Source of the DNA: Thermoplasmata archaeon
GTDB lineage: Archaea > Thermoplasmatota > Thermoplasmata > RBG-16-68-12
Direction of reading: 5' to 3'
DNA: 64,000 nt
NCBI GenBank assembly: GCA_035636315.1
Contig: DASPZJ010000050.1
Span: forward strand, 34,831 to 98,830
Shown here: in pieces, positions 8,469 through 18,200 of the stretch
How positions within the stretch are numbered: position 1 is the first letter of the stretch
How the letters are laid out: each line of letters opens with the position of its first letter
Made by a program: the position numbers and the translations under genes
The notes under the pieces: model-generated
What the model was told of the DNA's origin: nothing
Databases searched by the model: none
The model's input: only the letters and a program-made list of their open reading frames with translations

Positions 8469-8655
8469 GGCGGGCGACCTCTTCGTTGGGTCCGCTGAAT
8501 TTCGGCGCGGAACGATGGTCGAGTGGAGCCGCGATTTTCTTCAGTCGAAGCGGTCCTCGATTGAGATGATATCCTGGTCAATTCCGAAAAGAGTCACGGT
8601 TAAATACCGTGTTATACTGTATTGCACTCCGGCCGGAGAAGGCCAGGCGTAACGG

Positions 8656-9042
8656 ATGCTTCAGCCCCAGGAATTGGTCGTCGCCAAGCTCCTGCCGACG
8701 ATCCGTGCGCGTCTCGCCCTCGAGCTCCTTCAAACCTATAAGATGAAGCAGGTCGACGTCGCTCGCTCGATGGCGATCACCCAGGCGGCCGTCAGCCACT
8801 ACAATACGCAGAGCCGCGGAGTTGACCAAGAGATGCTCCGACTGTTCCCGGAAATCAAGCCGTTCGTCCACGGGCTCGCCGAGCGGATTGCGCACGGCAT
8901 GACCCTGTCCGACCAGATCGCGAGCGTCAACGGGTTTTGTTCCGGCCTCATGCTGACCGCTCGTTTCTGCGAGTACCACAAGAGCCTCGGGGACATCGAC
9001 CCGCACTGCACGGCGTGCTTTCCGTCCCCGCCGAGACCCTAG
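8656..9042 (+). CDS. HTH (XRE/Cro-like) transcriptional regulator with C-terminal Cys cluster
   Basis: QVDVARSMAITQAAVSHYNTQSRG is a helix-turn-helix signature. C-terminus has CSGLMLTARFCEYH...DPHCTAC. A palindrome ACGGTTAAATACCGT (8597-8611) lies upstream. Confidence 0.5.
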   Translation: MLQPQELVVAKLLPTIRARLALELLQTYKMKQVDVARSMAITQAAVSHYNTQSRGVDQEMLRLFPEIKPFVHGLAERIAHGMTLSDQIASVNGFCSGLMLTARFCEYHKSLGDIDPHCTACFPSPPRP

Positions 9043-9056
9043 GCTGTCCGCCTCCC

Positions 9057-10124
9057 CTAGGTATAGAGCGCCCGCATCTTGCGGATGAAAATCTCCTCAT
9101 CGAACTCGCGGGCCCTGGCCAGGCAGGGATCCTTCATCGCCTGCAAGGTTGACTCGTCGAGTTCGCGTATTTTCGAAGCGAATGCGTCCGGGCTCGGGGG
9201 AAGCAAGTACCCGGTCCTTCCACTCACGACCGTCTCCCTGTAACCGCCTTCGTCCGTCGCGAGGACGCACTTGCCGGAGGCCATCGCCTCGACCGGCGTG
9301 ATGCCGAAATCCTCGTCGACCGCGGTTGTCAAGAAGCCGCGACATCGCGCATAAAGATCCGTCAGACGCGCCTCCGGAATCTCGCCGACCAGCGTGACGT
9401 TGGGCGGGGGCTTGAGACGCGAGAGGTAGCGTTCCGCGAAGTCGCCGGGGGAATACCCGCCGACGAGGACGAGACGTTCCTGAGGCAGCCGTCGAAACAC
9501 ATCGAGCTGGAGTTCGATCCGCTTCTCCGGGTAGATGCGGCCGACCGAGAGCCAGAAGTCGCCGATCTCCTCGAAGCGGAATCGCGAGGTCGCGACCGGC
9601 GGGTAGATGACGCGCGCCTCCCGATCGTAGTACCGCCGGATGCGCCGTTGGACATTCTCACTGATTGCGACGATGTCGTCGCACGACCGCGCGGATTCCC
9701 GATCGAACTTCGCGTGGGAGGCCGACCAAGCGCGAGCAATCCAGCGGTTCGGGGCCGGGAGCCGGGCGAGCATGGCCGCCCGCTGGTCGTAGAAAGTCCG
9801 CATCGGTGTGAGGCAGTAGTATACGTTCGGATGATGGTGTCGGGATGCGTAGTGAGCGGAGTTTCCAATCAGAAAATGGAAGTCGTAGCCGTCGACGGCG
9901 GCACGCGCGAACTTCCAGGATGATTGTATCTGCTTCAGGGGTGGCCGGAGCAAGACGCGGCCGAGAGAAATCACGCGGATCCCGGCAAAGCCCGCGCGCT
10001 CCGGCAGCTGAGGATCGAACTCGGTCGTGATGAGGTCCGCGTCGAGGCGCTTTGCGAGCGTCAAGGCGACGCGCTCCCCGCCGCCGACCGTCTGTAGGTA
10101 GTCGTAGAAGACCGCGACGCGCAT
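9057..10124 (-). CDS. glycosyltransferase family 4 (GT4, group 1), paralog 1 of 3
   Basis: MRVAVFYDYLQTVGGGERVALTLAKRL... N-terminal Rossmann domain. C-terminal ...GFLTTAVDEDFGITPVEAMASGKCVLATDEGGYRETVV is the GT4 EX7E-type donor-binding region. Confidence 0.8.
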   Translation of the reverse strand: MRVAVFYDYLQTVGGGERVALTLAKRLDADLITTEFDPQLPERAGFAGIRVISLGRVLLRPPLKQIQSSWKFARAAVDGYDFHFLIGNSAHYASRHHHPNVYYCLTPMRTFYDQRAAMLARLPAPNRWIARAWSASHAKFDRESARSCDDIVAISENVQRRIRRYYDREARVIYPPVATSRFRFEEIGDFWLSVGRIYPEKRIELQLDVFRRLPQERLVLVGGYSPGDFAERYLSRLKPPPNVTLVGEIPEARLTDLYARCRGFLTTAVDEDFGITPVEAMASGKCVLATDEGGYRETVVSGRTGYLLPPSPDAFASKIRELDESTLQAMKDPCLARAREFDEEIFIRKMRALYT

Positions 10125-10297
10125 CGATCATCCTCGGGATGCGGAGTCCGGGGGCTTCGGCAACCGTCCTGTCGCTATTATAGCTTGGCTTGCGGCCGGC
10201 GGCCCAAATACGCCTTGCATCCGTGAGATGAACGTAGTTGATGCGCGTCCTTTCCGAGAGACATCGGGTCCCGATGTACCGGTTTCCTCCGAGGTTG

Positions 10298-11380
10298 CTA
10301 CGCCGCCCCTCCCTGATCCAAAGCGGTTTCCACTTTCCTCAGGAATACCGCGACATCGAACTGTCGGGCGCGGTCGATGCACGCACTTCGCATGGACTGC
10401 AAGGTTGCGTCGTCGAGCGAGGCGAGGCGGGATGCGAAGGCGTCGGCTGTCGGCGGAAGGAGGAAACCGGTCTTGCCATCGACGATCGTCTCGCGGTGAC
10501 CGCCCTCATCGGTCGCGAGGACACACTTTCCCGAAGCCATCCCCTCAAGGGGCGTCATTCCGAGGTCCTCGTCCGCGCCGGTCGATATCAGGCCGCGGCA
10601 GCGGGCGTACAAGTCCCGCAAGGTCGTGTCCGCCACCTCGCCAACCATCGTCACGTTTGGCGGAGGATTCAGCGACGCGACGTATCGTTCGGCTCGATCC
10701 CCCTTCGAAAACCCTCCGGCGATGGTCAGCCTCTCCCGCGGAAGCCGTCGGAAGATCTCGAGCTGGAGATCGATGCGCTTGTGGGGATACAGCCGGTTCA
10801 CGGAGAGCCACGAATCGCCGATGCCCTCGAACCGAAAGAGGGAGGTGTCCACAGGGGGATAGATCACCTCCGCGTCGCGACCGTAATATCGGCGAACCCG
10901 CGCCTTGACGTTCTCGCTATTCACGACGATCCGGTCGCAGGATCGCACGGCCCGCCGGTCCCACCGTCCGTGCAACGCGGTCCACGCGTCCGCGACGGCC
11001 CGCTGTCCGATCGGAAGTCGCGCCCGCGTGGTTTCGCGCTGGTCGTAGAAGATCCGGGTCGGCGTGTGACAGTAGTATAGGTTCGGGCGGTGCCGCCGTG
11101 CCGCGAAGTGGGCCCAGTTCCCGGACAAGAAATAGTGTGTGTAACCGGGAAACCGCGCGCGGGCGAACTTCCAGCTCGCGTCGATCTGTTTGAATGGCGG
11201 GCCCCGAGGCAGATCGCCGAGCGAAATCACGTGGACGGGGCCGAACCCCGCGCGAGCTGGCAGATCGGGGTCGAACGAGGTCGTGATGAGGTCCGCCTGG
11301 AAACGTCGTGCCACGGTCAGCACGAGCCGCTCCGCCCCGCCGATTGTGTCCAGGTAGTCGTAGAAGATTGCGAGGCGCAT
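10298..11380 (-). CDS. glycosyltransferase family 4, paralog 2 of 3
   Basis: ORF 10298..11602, but the first 74 aa are junk. True start MRLAIFYDYLDTIGGAERLVLTVARRF at 11380 aligns residue-by-residue with paralog 1. Confidence 0.75.
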   Translation of the reverse strand: MRLAIFYDYLDTIGGAERLVLTVARRFQADLITTSFDPDLPARAGFGPVHVISLGDLPRGPPFKQIDASWKFARARFPGYTHYFLSGNWAHFAARRHRPNLYYCHTPTRIFYDQRETTRARLPIGQRAVADAWTALHGRWDRRAVRSCDRIVVNSENVKARVRRYYGRDAEVIYPPVDTSLFRFEGIGDSWLSVNRLYPHKRIDLQLEIFRRLPRERLTIAGGFSKGDRAERYVASLNPPPNVTMVGEVADTTLRDLYARCRGLISTGADEDLGMTPLEGMASGKCVLATDEGGHRETIVDGKTGFLLPPTADAFASRLASLDDATLQSMRSACIDRARQFDVAVFLRKVETALDQGGAA

Positions 11381-11471
11381 CGAGGTACCCGGGGGCCCGA
11401 ATTGCGGCCAACCGCAACGTCGCATCGGTTTATATATCGCCTCGCGGCCTGACGGCGGGACGGGTGGTCGT

Positions 11472-11984
11472 GTGTCGGCGGCCTGGAAGCTGAACCTGGG
11501 CTGCGGGCGTGACGTCCGTGCGGGTTTCGTGAACGTCGACCGCGTCCATCTCCCGGGCGTCGACCTCGTTGCCGATTTTTCCCGGTTCCCATGGCCCTTC
11601 AAGGATGACGTAATCGACGAGGTCCTCGCGATTCACGTCGTCGAACATCTGCCGGACACGATCCGCGTGATGGAAGAGATGTTCCGCATCACGCGGTCCG
11701 GGGCCACCGTGACGATCGAGGTCCCACACTACAAGCACTCGAACGCGTACAAGGATCCGACGCACGTTCGATTCTTCACCGAAGAATCGTTCGACTATTT
11801 CGGCAAGGGCGAGCGGTCTTACTACACCCATGCACGGTTCCGCGTCGCGAACGTCGAGAAGGTCTACGAATACCATGTGGACCGCTACGTGCGGCGCCGC
11901 TTCCCGCGGATCCTTCCGTGGATCGAGCGGTATCTCGACAACACGGTCGAGAAGCTCATCTTCACCCTCGTGACCGAGAAATGA
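11472..11984 (+). CDS. class I SAM-dependent methyltransferase
   Basis: LNLGCGRDVRAGFVNVD (motif I GxGxG). Acidic motif II (DDVIDEVLAIHVVEHL) and motif III. 170 aa. Divergent from GT4 paralog 2, followed 3 nt later by GT4 paralog 3. Confidence 0.7.
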   Translation: MSAAWKLNLGCGRDVRAGFVNVDRVHLPGVDLVADFSRFPWPFKDDVIDEVLAIHVVEHLPDTIRVMEEMFRITRSGATVTIEVPHYKHSNAYKDPTHVRFFTEESFDYFGKGERSYYTHARFRVANVEKVYEYHVDRYVRRRFPRILPWIERYLDNTVEKLIFTLVTEK

Positions 11985-11986
11985 GT

Positions 11987-13072
11987 TCAGGCCGACCCGC
12001 GCATCGTCTCGATGAGTGCCCGGATCCCGGCGACGAACACGGATCGGTCGAAGGCCCGCGCCCTCGATCGGCACGCCCCCCGCATTGAATCGAGTCGGGT
12101 CGGATCCGCATCGCCGATCGCTCGGGCGAGAGACGCCGCATCCGGAGGGACGAGCCATCCCGTGGTACCGTGGACGACCGTCTCGCGGTAACCGCCCTCG
12201 TCCACCGCGACGACCGCCTTCTCGGAGGCCATCGCCTCGACGGGTGCGAGGCCGAAGTCCTCGTCCAATGCGGTCGCGACGAGCCCGCGGCAGGTGGCAT
12301 AGAGTTCTCGCAACCTCTCATCATCGATTTCTCCGAGGAACTGGACGTTCGGCGGGGCATGGAGAGCCCGGATGACTCGATCCAGCCTCGCGCCGGGTTG
12401 GGTGCCGCCCGCGATGAGTAACCGCTCTCTCGGGAGACGTCGGAAGACCTCGACTTGGAGGTCGATCCGCTTCTCGTGCGAGAGCCGGTTCACGGACAGC
12501 CAGAAATCCCCGATCCGTTCGAATCGATACCGTTCGACGTCGACCGGTGGATGGACGACCGTGGATTCCCGAGACAGGTAGCGCGAGACCCGCCCCGCCA
12601 CGTTCTGGCTGTTCGCCACGATCCGGTCGACACCCGCGACCGCGACCTCGTACCGTTGTCGGCGCGATTCGATCCAACGGCGGGCGGCCCATCGACTCGT
12701 CCACGGGAGGGCATCGAGGAACCGCTCCCGGAGATCGTAGAACACCCGGACCGGGGTGTGGCAGTACCAAAGGTTCGGCCGATGCCGGGGAGCCGCGAAG
12801 ACGGCCCAGTTCCCCGAAGCGACGTAGAGGTCGTAGTCCGGGATCGACGCCCCCTCGAAGGCGCGCATCTGCCGGTCTTGGCGCGAGGGCGGTCGACGCG
12901 GCACCTTCGCGATCTCGAATGCCCTCACGTCCGGCATGCCTGCGCGGGCCGGCAGCGTGGGGTCGAGGTCCGTGACGTATAGGTCCGCATCGAGTCCTCC
13001 CGCCAAGGCGAGGGCGACGCGCTCGCCGCCTCCGATGAAGTCCAAGTGGTCATGGAGGACCGCGATCCGCAT
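11987..13072 (-). CDS. glycosyltransferase family 4, paralog 3 of 3
   Basis: ORF 11987..13195. True start MRIAVLHDHLDFIGGGERVALALAGGL at 13072. Same architecture and conserved C-terminal EDFGLAPVEAMASEKAVVAVDEGGYRETVV. Confidence 0.75.
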   Translation of the reverse strand: MRIAVLHDHLDFIGGGERVALALAGGLDADLYVTDLDPTLPARAGMPDVRAFEIAKVPRRPPSRQDRQMRAFEGASIPDYDLYVASGNWAVFAAPRHRPNLWYCHTPVRVFYDLRERFLDALPWTSRWAARRWIESRRQRYEVAVAGVDRIVANSQNVAGRVSRYLSRESTVVHPPVDVERYRFERIGDFWLSVNRLSHEKRIDLQVEVFRRLPRERLLIAGGTQPGARLDRVIRALHAPPNVQFLGEIDDERLRELYATCRGLVATALDEDFGLAPVEAMASEKAVVAVDEGGYRETVVHGTTGWLVPPDAASLARAIGDADPTRLDSMRGACRSRARAFDRSVFVAGIRALIETMRGSA

Positions 13073-13130
13073 GGACTGCGCGAGATGCGGCCCTCGACCA
13101 TAAAAGGGTGAGGCTCCGGCCGGCTTGGCG

Positions 13131-14804
13131 TCAGCCCCAGCCGATCCAGTAGAGCCGCGCGTAGCCGTTGTCGAACACCTTGATGAACGGCGCATTGTCG
13201 AACTTCGCGATCACGGCGGGATCCATCGGCACCGCGGCCTCCCAGGGAGTGAGCCGCACCCCCGCCTCCATGTCCCGGTCGATCCAGACGTACGTTCCGT
13301 TCTTCGTCCCGGAGGGGGATTCGATCCCGGAGAAGTCCGCCGGGTCCCATACGGGGTGCGTGAACGGCGTCCGCGTCCGGTCCCACGTTGCGTTGATTCC
13401 ACCGAACCCGAAGACGGTCGAGGAGCCGTGGTGGTCCGAGACGAGCAGACCGCTCACGTGGTCCCTCGCCCAGTAGGCCGGGTCGAGCGCCGCGGGGATT
13501 GTGCCTTCCCGCCATCCCGCCAGGGTCGACGGCGGCGGGATCCCGGTCAAGCCGTTCGCCAGCAGGAGGCCTCCGCACACGGCGAGCACGGCGTATCGTT
13601 TCCGGGCCCGGAGGCCGCCGAGGTCCAGGAGGCGGAAGAACCCGACGCCCGCGAAGACCGCGAACGGGATCATGAGGTACTCTGCGTGGCGGTAGGGGAT
13701 GAGGACCCGCGGGGCGGCGACGATCCCGACGACCGCGGACAGCAAGAGGGCCACGAGCCACGCGTTCGGATGGATGCCCTCCCGTTCGAGGTCCAGGAAC
13801 TTCCTCCCCGACGCGGAGAAGGACATGAGTATCGCGAGGGGCACGAAGTACAGGAGGCCGGCGACCGGCACCCGGAACGAGGTTCCCGGGACCACGGAGA
13901 CGACGGTCACGACGCCGATGACGAAGAGTGTCCCCGAGGCCGCCGCACACGCCGAGGCCGAAGGGGCCAGCCGCGGGAACGTGGGTCGGTACCGCCACGC
14001 GAGCCGGGTCCTCGCGGCGATCAGCCCGGCGAGCGCGGCGACGCCCGCCCCGAAGCCGACGAAGAGGAGCCACCACGGCCGGATGTCCACGTCCGGGAGG
14101 ATCCATTCGCGGAACGCGGTGGCGTAGCCGAACCAGTACGCGAACGTCCCGCCGATCAGGACGACGGCGAAGGTGACCTGCCGGCTCGATTCCGCGTCCG
14201 CGCGCCACGGTCGCGCGAACCCTCGGATGACGAGCGCGCCCAGGACCATCAGGATGAAGAAGTACAGCGAGAGGTGGTGGGTTGGGATGAGCGCCCCCGA
14301 GACGAGCAGGAGCGGCGCCATGGCCCGTCGGTCCGTGCGGAGCCGGAGGAACAGGATCAGCCCGGTCAGGGCGAGGACGTCCCCGAGGGTCGCTGGCGCC
14401 GAGTGCGCGGTCGTGTACGCGTGCGGGATCGCCCCGGCCAGGAACGCCGCGGCGAACAACCCGATGCGGTCGTCCCTCGCGATCCGGACCGCCAGGAGGA
14501 ACATCGGCAACACGGCCAACGCGCCGATCACGGGCACCAGGAGGTTGAGGACCGTCGGAAGGTCGAGGCCGCCGAGCTCCACGAGGCCCGCCTGCGGGAA
14601 GAATACGCCCGGGAAGTAAGGATACGTGACCCCCCAGCCGTAATAGGTCGTCGAGACGTGCCCGGTCCGGACGACGTTTCGCAGGATCGAGAAGTACTCG
14701 GCGGTGTCGGAGCCCCAATAGAGGAACGACCACAGAGGCGCCAGTCGGACCGCGATCGCTCCGAGGACGATTGCGCCCAAGGCGATCGCGGTGGACTTCC
14801 GCAT
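13131..14804 (-). CDS. polytopic membrane glycosyltransferase-like protein (GT-C fold, ArnT/PMT/AglB-like) with C-terminal soluble domain
   Basis: 557 aa with >=10 predicted TM helices in the first ~400 aa and a C-terminal ~150-aa hydrophilic domain (DPAYWARDHVSGLLVSDHHGSST...). Adjacent to the GT4 cluster. The overlapping 651-aa and 704-aa ORFs on other frames are Arg/Gly-rich artefacts. Confidence 0.55.
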   Translation of the reverse strand: MRKSTAIALGAIVLGAIAVRLAPLWSFLYWGSDTAEYFSILRNVVRTGHVSTTYYGWGVTYPYFPGVFFPQAGLVELGGLDLPTVLNLLVPVIGALAVLPMFLLAVRIARDDRIGLFAAAFLAGAIPHAYTTAHSAPATLGDVLALTGLILFLRLRTDRRAMAPLLLVSGALIPTHHLSLYFFILMVLGALVIRGFARPWRADAESSRQVTFAVVLIGGTFAYWFGYATAFREWILPDVDIRPWWLLFVGFGAGVAALAGLIAARTRLAWRYRPTFPRLAPSASACAAASGTLFVIGVVTVVSVVPGTSFRVPVAGLLYFVPLAILMSFSASGRKFLDLEREGIHPNAWLVALLLSAVVGIVAAPRVLIPYRHAEYLMIPFAVFAGVGFFRLLDLGGLRARKRYAVLAVCGGLLLANGLTGIPPPSTLAGWREGTIPAALDPAYWARDHVSGLLVSDHHGSSTVFGFGGINATWDRTRTPFTHPVWDPADFSGIESPSGTKNGTYVWIDRDMEAGVRLTPWEAAVPMDPAVIAKFDNAPFIKVFDNGYARLYWIGWG

Positions 14805-14912
14805 CGGCCGCGAACCCGGCCCCGGCTACTAAAGGGTTGTCTCGTCCCGCCGACGCGCATTCCACGAAACCGGGTCGCAAACTATTTCTTTCGAGGGCTT
14901 TCTGTCCGTTCG

Positions 14913-15239
14913 ATGTCCTTCCGGTGCCCGGAGTGCTACGCCGAACTCCCGGAGGACACGATGTGGGTGTGCCCCGTTTGCCGGTACACGCTGCGGACGC
15001 CGGGCGCCGCGAAGGTGGGGGTGGTGCTCATGGTCCTCGGACTCGTCCTCCTCGGCGCCTTCGTGTATGGACCGGACCAGCTCGGGCTCACCAACGGATT
15101 CGTCCCGACGGATTTGGCTCGGATGACGATCGCGAACTTCCCGTTGCTCGTGTTCGGCGCCTTCGCACTCGGTGCATTCCTCGTCGCGGCCGCGGCGCTG
15201 AAGATTCGGAGCGAGCAGGCCCGGGTCGCGTCGGCCTAG
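14913..15239 (+). CDS. small zinc-ribbon membrane protein (109 aa)
   Basis: MSFRCPECYAELPEDTMWVCPVCRYTL (CxxC...CxxC) followed by two hydrophobic helices. It is the only non-junk part of track ORF 13125..15239. Confidence 0.45.
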   Translation: MSFRCPECYAELPEDTMWVCPVCRYTLRTPGAAKVGVVLMVLGLVLLGAFVYGPDQLGLTNGFVPTDLARMTIANFPLLVFGAFALGAFLVAAAALKIRSEQARVASA

Positions 15240-18200
15240 AAGAAGTCGTCGAGCTTGAGGTCCTGCGTCTTGTCGTTCGTGAAGAGCGACGTGATCGCGT
15301 CCTCGATGAGTTCGATCCGTTGCCGGAGGTAGTTCGACACCTCGAACTGGGCGCTGATTCGCTTTGAGATCTCGAGGTACTTCTTGACGGAACTCTCGTG
15401 GACCGTGAGCGTGAGGTTGCCCCCGCAGGCGAGGCACCGACCTCGGAGCGGGATCCGGCGGTACTTCTCTCCGCACCGGGTGCATCGGACCTGCTGACTC
15501 GAGAACGCCTTCAGGTTCCCGATCAGGTCCGGGAGGAAGTGGTGGACGACGATCCTCGCGACGACGTCGTTCGGGTCCACCGCGCGGATCCGGAGGGCGA
15601 GCTCGAGCTGCTTCTCGATCTTCTCGGCCATCGATCCTTCCCCGTAGGCCGACGCGAGGGGGCCCTGCGCGACGCTCGACGTCGCATGGGTGTACGAGAA
15701 CCCCTCGTATTGGAGGACGCTCCCGATCCGCTTGCTCACCGTGTCGATCTGCGGCTCGATCTCGCGCGGGTGGGCGAAGCGCTCGGCCGCGTCGTACAGG
15801 CTCGGCGGGTACGCCGCGAGGACGTCGAGGTTGTGGGCCTCCTTGTCGATTTCGTTCGGGTCGATGCGGGTCGTGATGACGAGCGGCGCATCCATCAGGC
15901 CGCCCCGCTTGTCCGGGAGGAACGCCCGGGAGAAGTTGATCAGGCTGTCCAGGAGCAAGATGACCGAATCCTCGTCGCCGTCGCAGTTCCGGCGGCGGGC
16001 GGCGATGAGGAAGGGATGGGCGAAGCACGCCAATGCGTCCGTGAATCCGACGATCCGGGCGACGACGCCTGCGCTCGTGTGCGGGGCGAGCGTGACGACG
16101 AGTTGGCCGAGTAGATCCTCCGGCCGCGTCGCGCCATAGAATCGGGACAGGCCATAGAGGCGTTCGAGGAGATCGTCGACGAACGACGCGACGCGCACGA
16201 GGTATTCGCCGCACGACCGGGCGACGAGGATGTCTTGCGTCCTCAGCTCGAGCACCTGATCGTCGCGCTCGAGAAGCTGGCCCCGCAGATCCCTCGAGTA
16301 GCCAAGCCGGCGCGCCGCTTCGACCGAGATGCCGGCCTCGTTCGGGGTGAAGTGGGTGAGCGGGAGGTTCGTCATGTCGTACCGGGTCGTTCCGTCCTTG
16401 AACACGTAGATCTCGTGTTTCGCGCGTAGCACGCCCTTCTCAAGCGGCTCCGGCGTCTTCGTCTTCGAGATCATGCCCTGGACCGCCTTGATTGCCGGAG
16501 CCTTCGATTCGCCGACCCGATCGAGCGCCGCCCGGAGGACGTCGGCGAGGGGGACGCGTTGCCTCGTCGGTCCGCCTCGCGGCGTCGTGTGTCCTCCGCA
16601 CGAGCACTTCGGGAGGAACCACCGCTTCCCGCACGCCCCGCAGATGCGGAGCCCGACTTCGATCTCGATCGTGTCCTTCGAAGCGGCGTCGACCAGGAGG
16701 CGCTGGGCGCCGCCGTCGTGGCCGATCGGGAAGAGGGCGTGGGGTGCGGGCTGCATCTTCCGCGGGGCCGCCTTCTCCGGCCGGGCCATCCGCGCGCCGA
16801 TGCGGGTCGGGCCGCGCGCCTTCACGGGGAAGCCCGCCAGGGACGACACGAATGCGAGCGGGTCTTCCGTCTCCGGCGAGGGCCCGATCCGGAGCATCCC
16901 GCCGTCTCGTTCGATGCCGAGGGTCGCGAGCAACGATTCGGTGTGCCGCTCGACGATCAGCTCGTCCCCTCGCGCTTGGTACGGCGCGCCGAGCCGCACG
17001 AGCCATTCCCTCGGCTCCTCGTCGTTCGGGAGCCGGAGCCGGCCGTCTTCGATGCGGCCGTGGACCGTGACGAGCTCGCGGAACCGGGTGAGCTCCTCGA
17101 CGGTTAGGTCGTGGTAGAAGAGATTGTACCGGGGATGGAGCGGCACTCCGAGCTCGCGGGACCACGCGAGCGCCTGTTCCGCCGTCGCCGTCTCCCACCC
17201 GTCGGGCAAGGAGCCGAGCTTCCCTTGGAGCAGCGCCCCGTACCATTCGAGGCAGAAGGCGCCGGGCATCAGCAGGTGATTGTTCTCGAGGAACTCCCCG
17301 AACGGGACGAGGATTTCGCCGAGGTCCGCGATGACGCGGACGCGGGGCGTGAGCCGCTTCGCCGTGGCGGCATCGGAGATTTCGATGAAGTCGCCGTCGT
17401 CGAGGACGACGAGCGGCCCTTCGATCGTATCGCACGGCGTCACCGCGCCGGCCTTCCCCGGACGCTCCGTCTTGATTTGCGTGCCGACCGCGATGAAATC
17501 GTCGAGGATGTGCATCGTCGCGGGATGGAGTGCAAGCGCCGCGAGGCCCGTCGCGCGCGTCCGCCCGTACCGGAGGCGCAGGCCGCCGGCGCGGCTCGGA
17601 TGACAGAGGACCGGCCGGCCCGCGACGATGTTCTGGATGAAGACCTCGCTCGGTTCGACCCCCGCCTCGTCCTTCAGTTCCTCCGGCCGCGCCGATTTCT
17701 CCGCGAGATACGCGTCGATGAACTCCCATCCGTCGATCCGGAGCTTCTTCACGTGCTTCTGGATCTTCGGCGCCTTCAGGCACATGCCGTCCGCGATGAC
17801 GAGGCAAGCGCCGCCGCGGATCCGGTTCGTCTCGATCCGCGGGAGGTCGCGGAATCCGCTGATCTCGGCGTCCTCGGTGCCCTCGCCGTTGATCCCCACG
17901 GGGCAGTGGGCGACGATCAGCGCGATCTCCTCCTCGGACGGTGTGTATTGGAGGTGCTGGGCCTGCTTGTACAGCGGGATTTCCTCTTTGAACCGCTCGA
18001 CCTCCTCCCGCACCGGCTCGTATCGCCCGATGCCGAGTTCCCGCCGGACGACGTCCGCGATGAGGACGCTCAGGGCCTGGCCGGTCCCGCCCGCGGACCG
18101 GATCGGGCCGGCATAGTACAGGTCGACGTACGAGGAGCCGTCGCGGTTCCTCTTGAGCTTCACACCGGCCAGGCCTTCGAGGGGCGCGACCAGGATGCCC

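Noticed and set aside
12925-15239. Very long ORFs in the track (12925..14880 minus 651 aa; 13125..15239 plus 704 aa) overlapping the membrane GT-C gene
   Set aside because: Translations are Arg/Pro/Gly/Asp-rich low complexity (RRRGRRG..., DRDRSEDD...) typical of off-frame/antisense reading of high-GC coding DNA. The 13131..14804 minus frame gives a coherent polytopic membrane protein instead.
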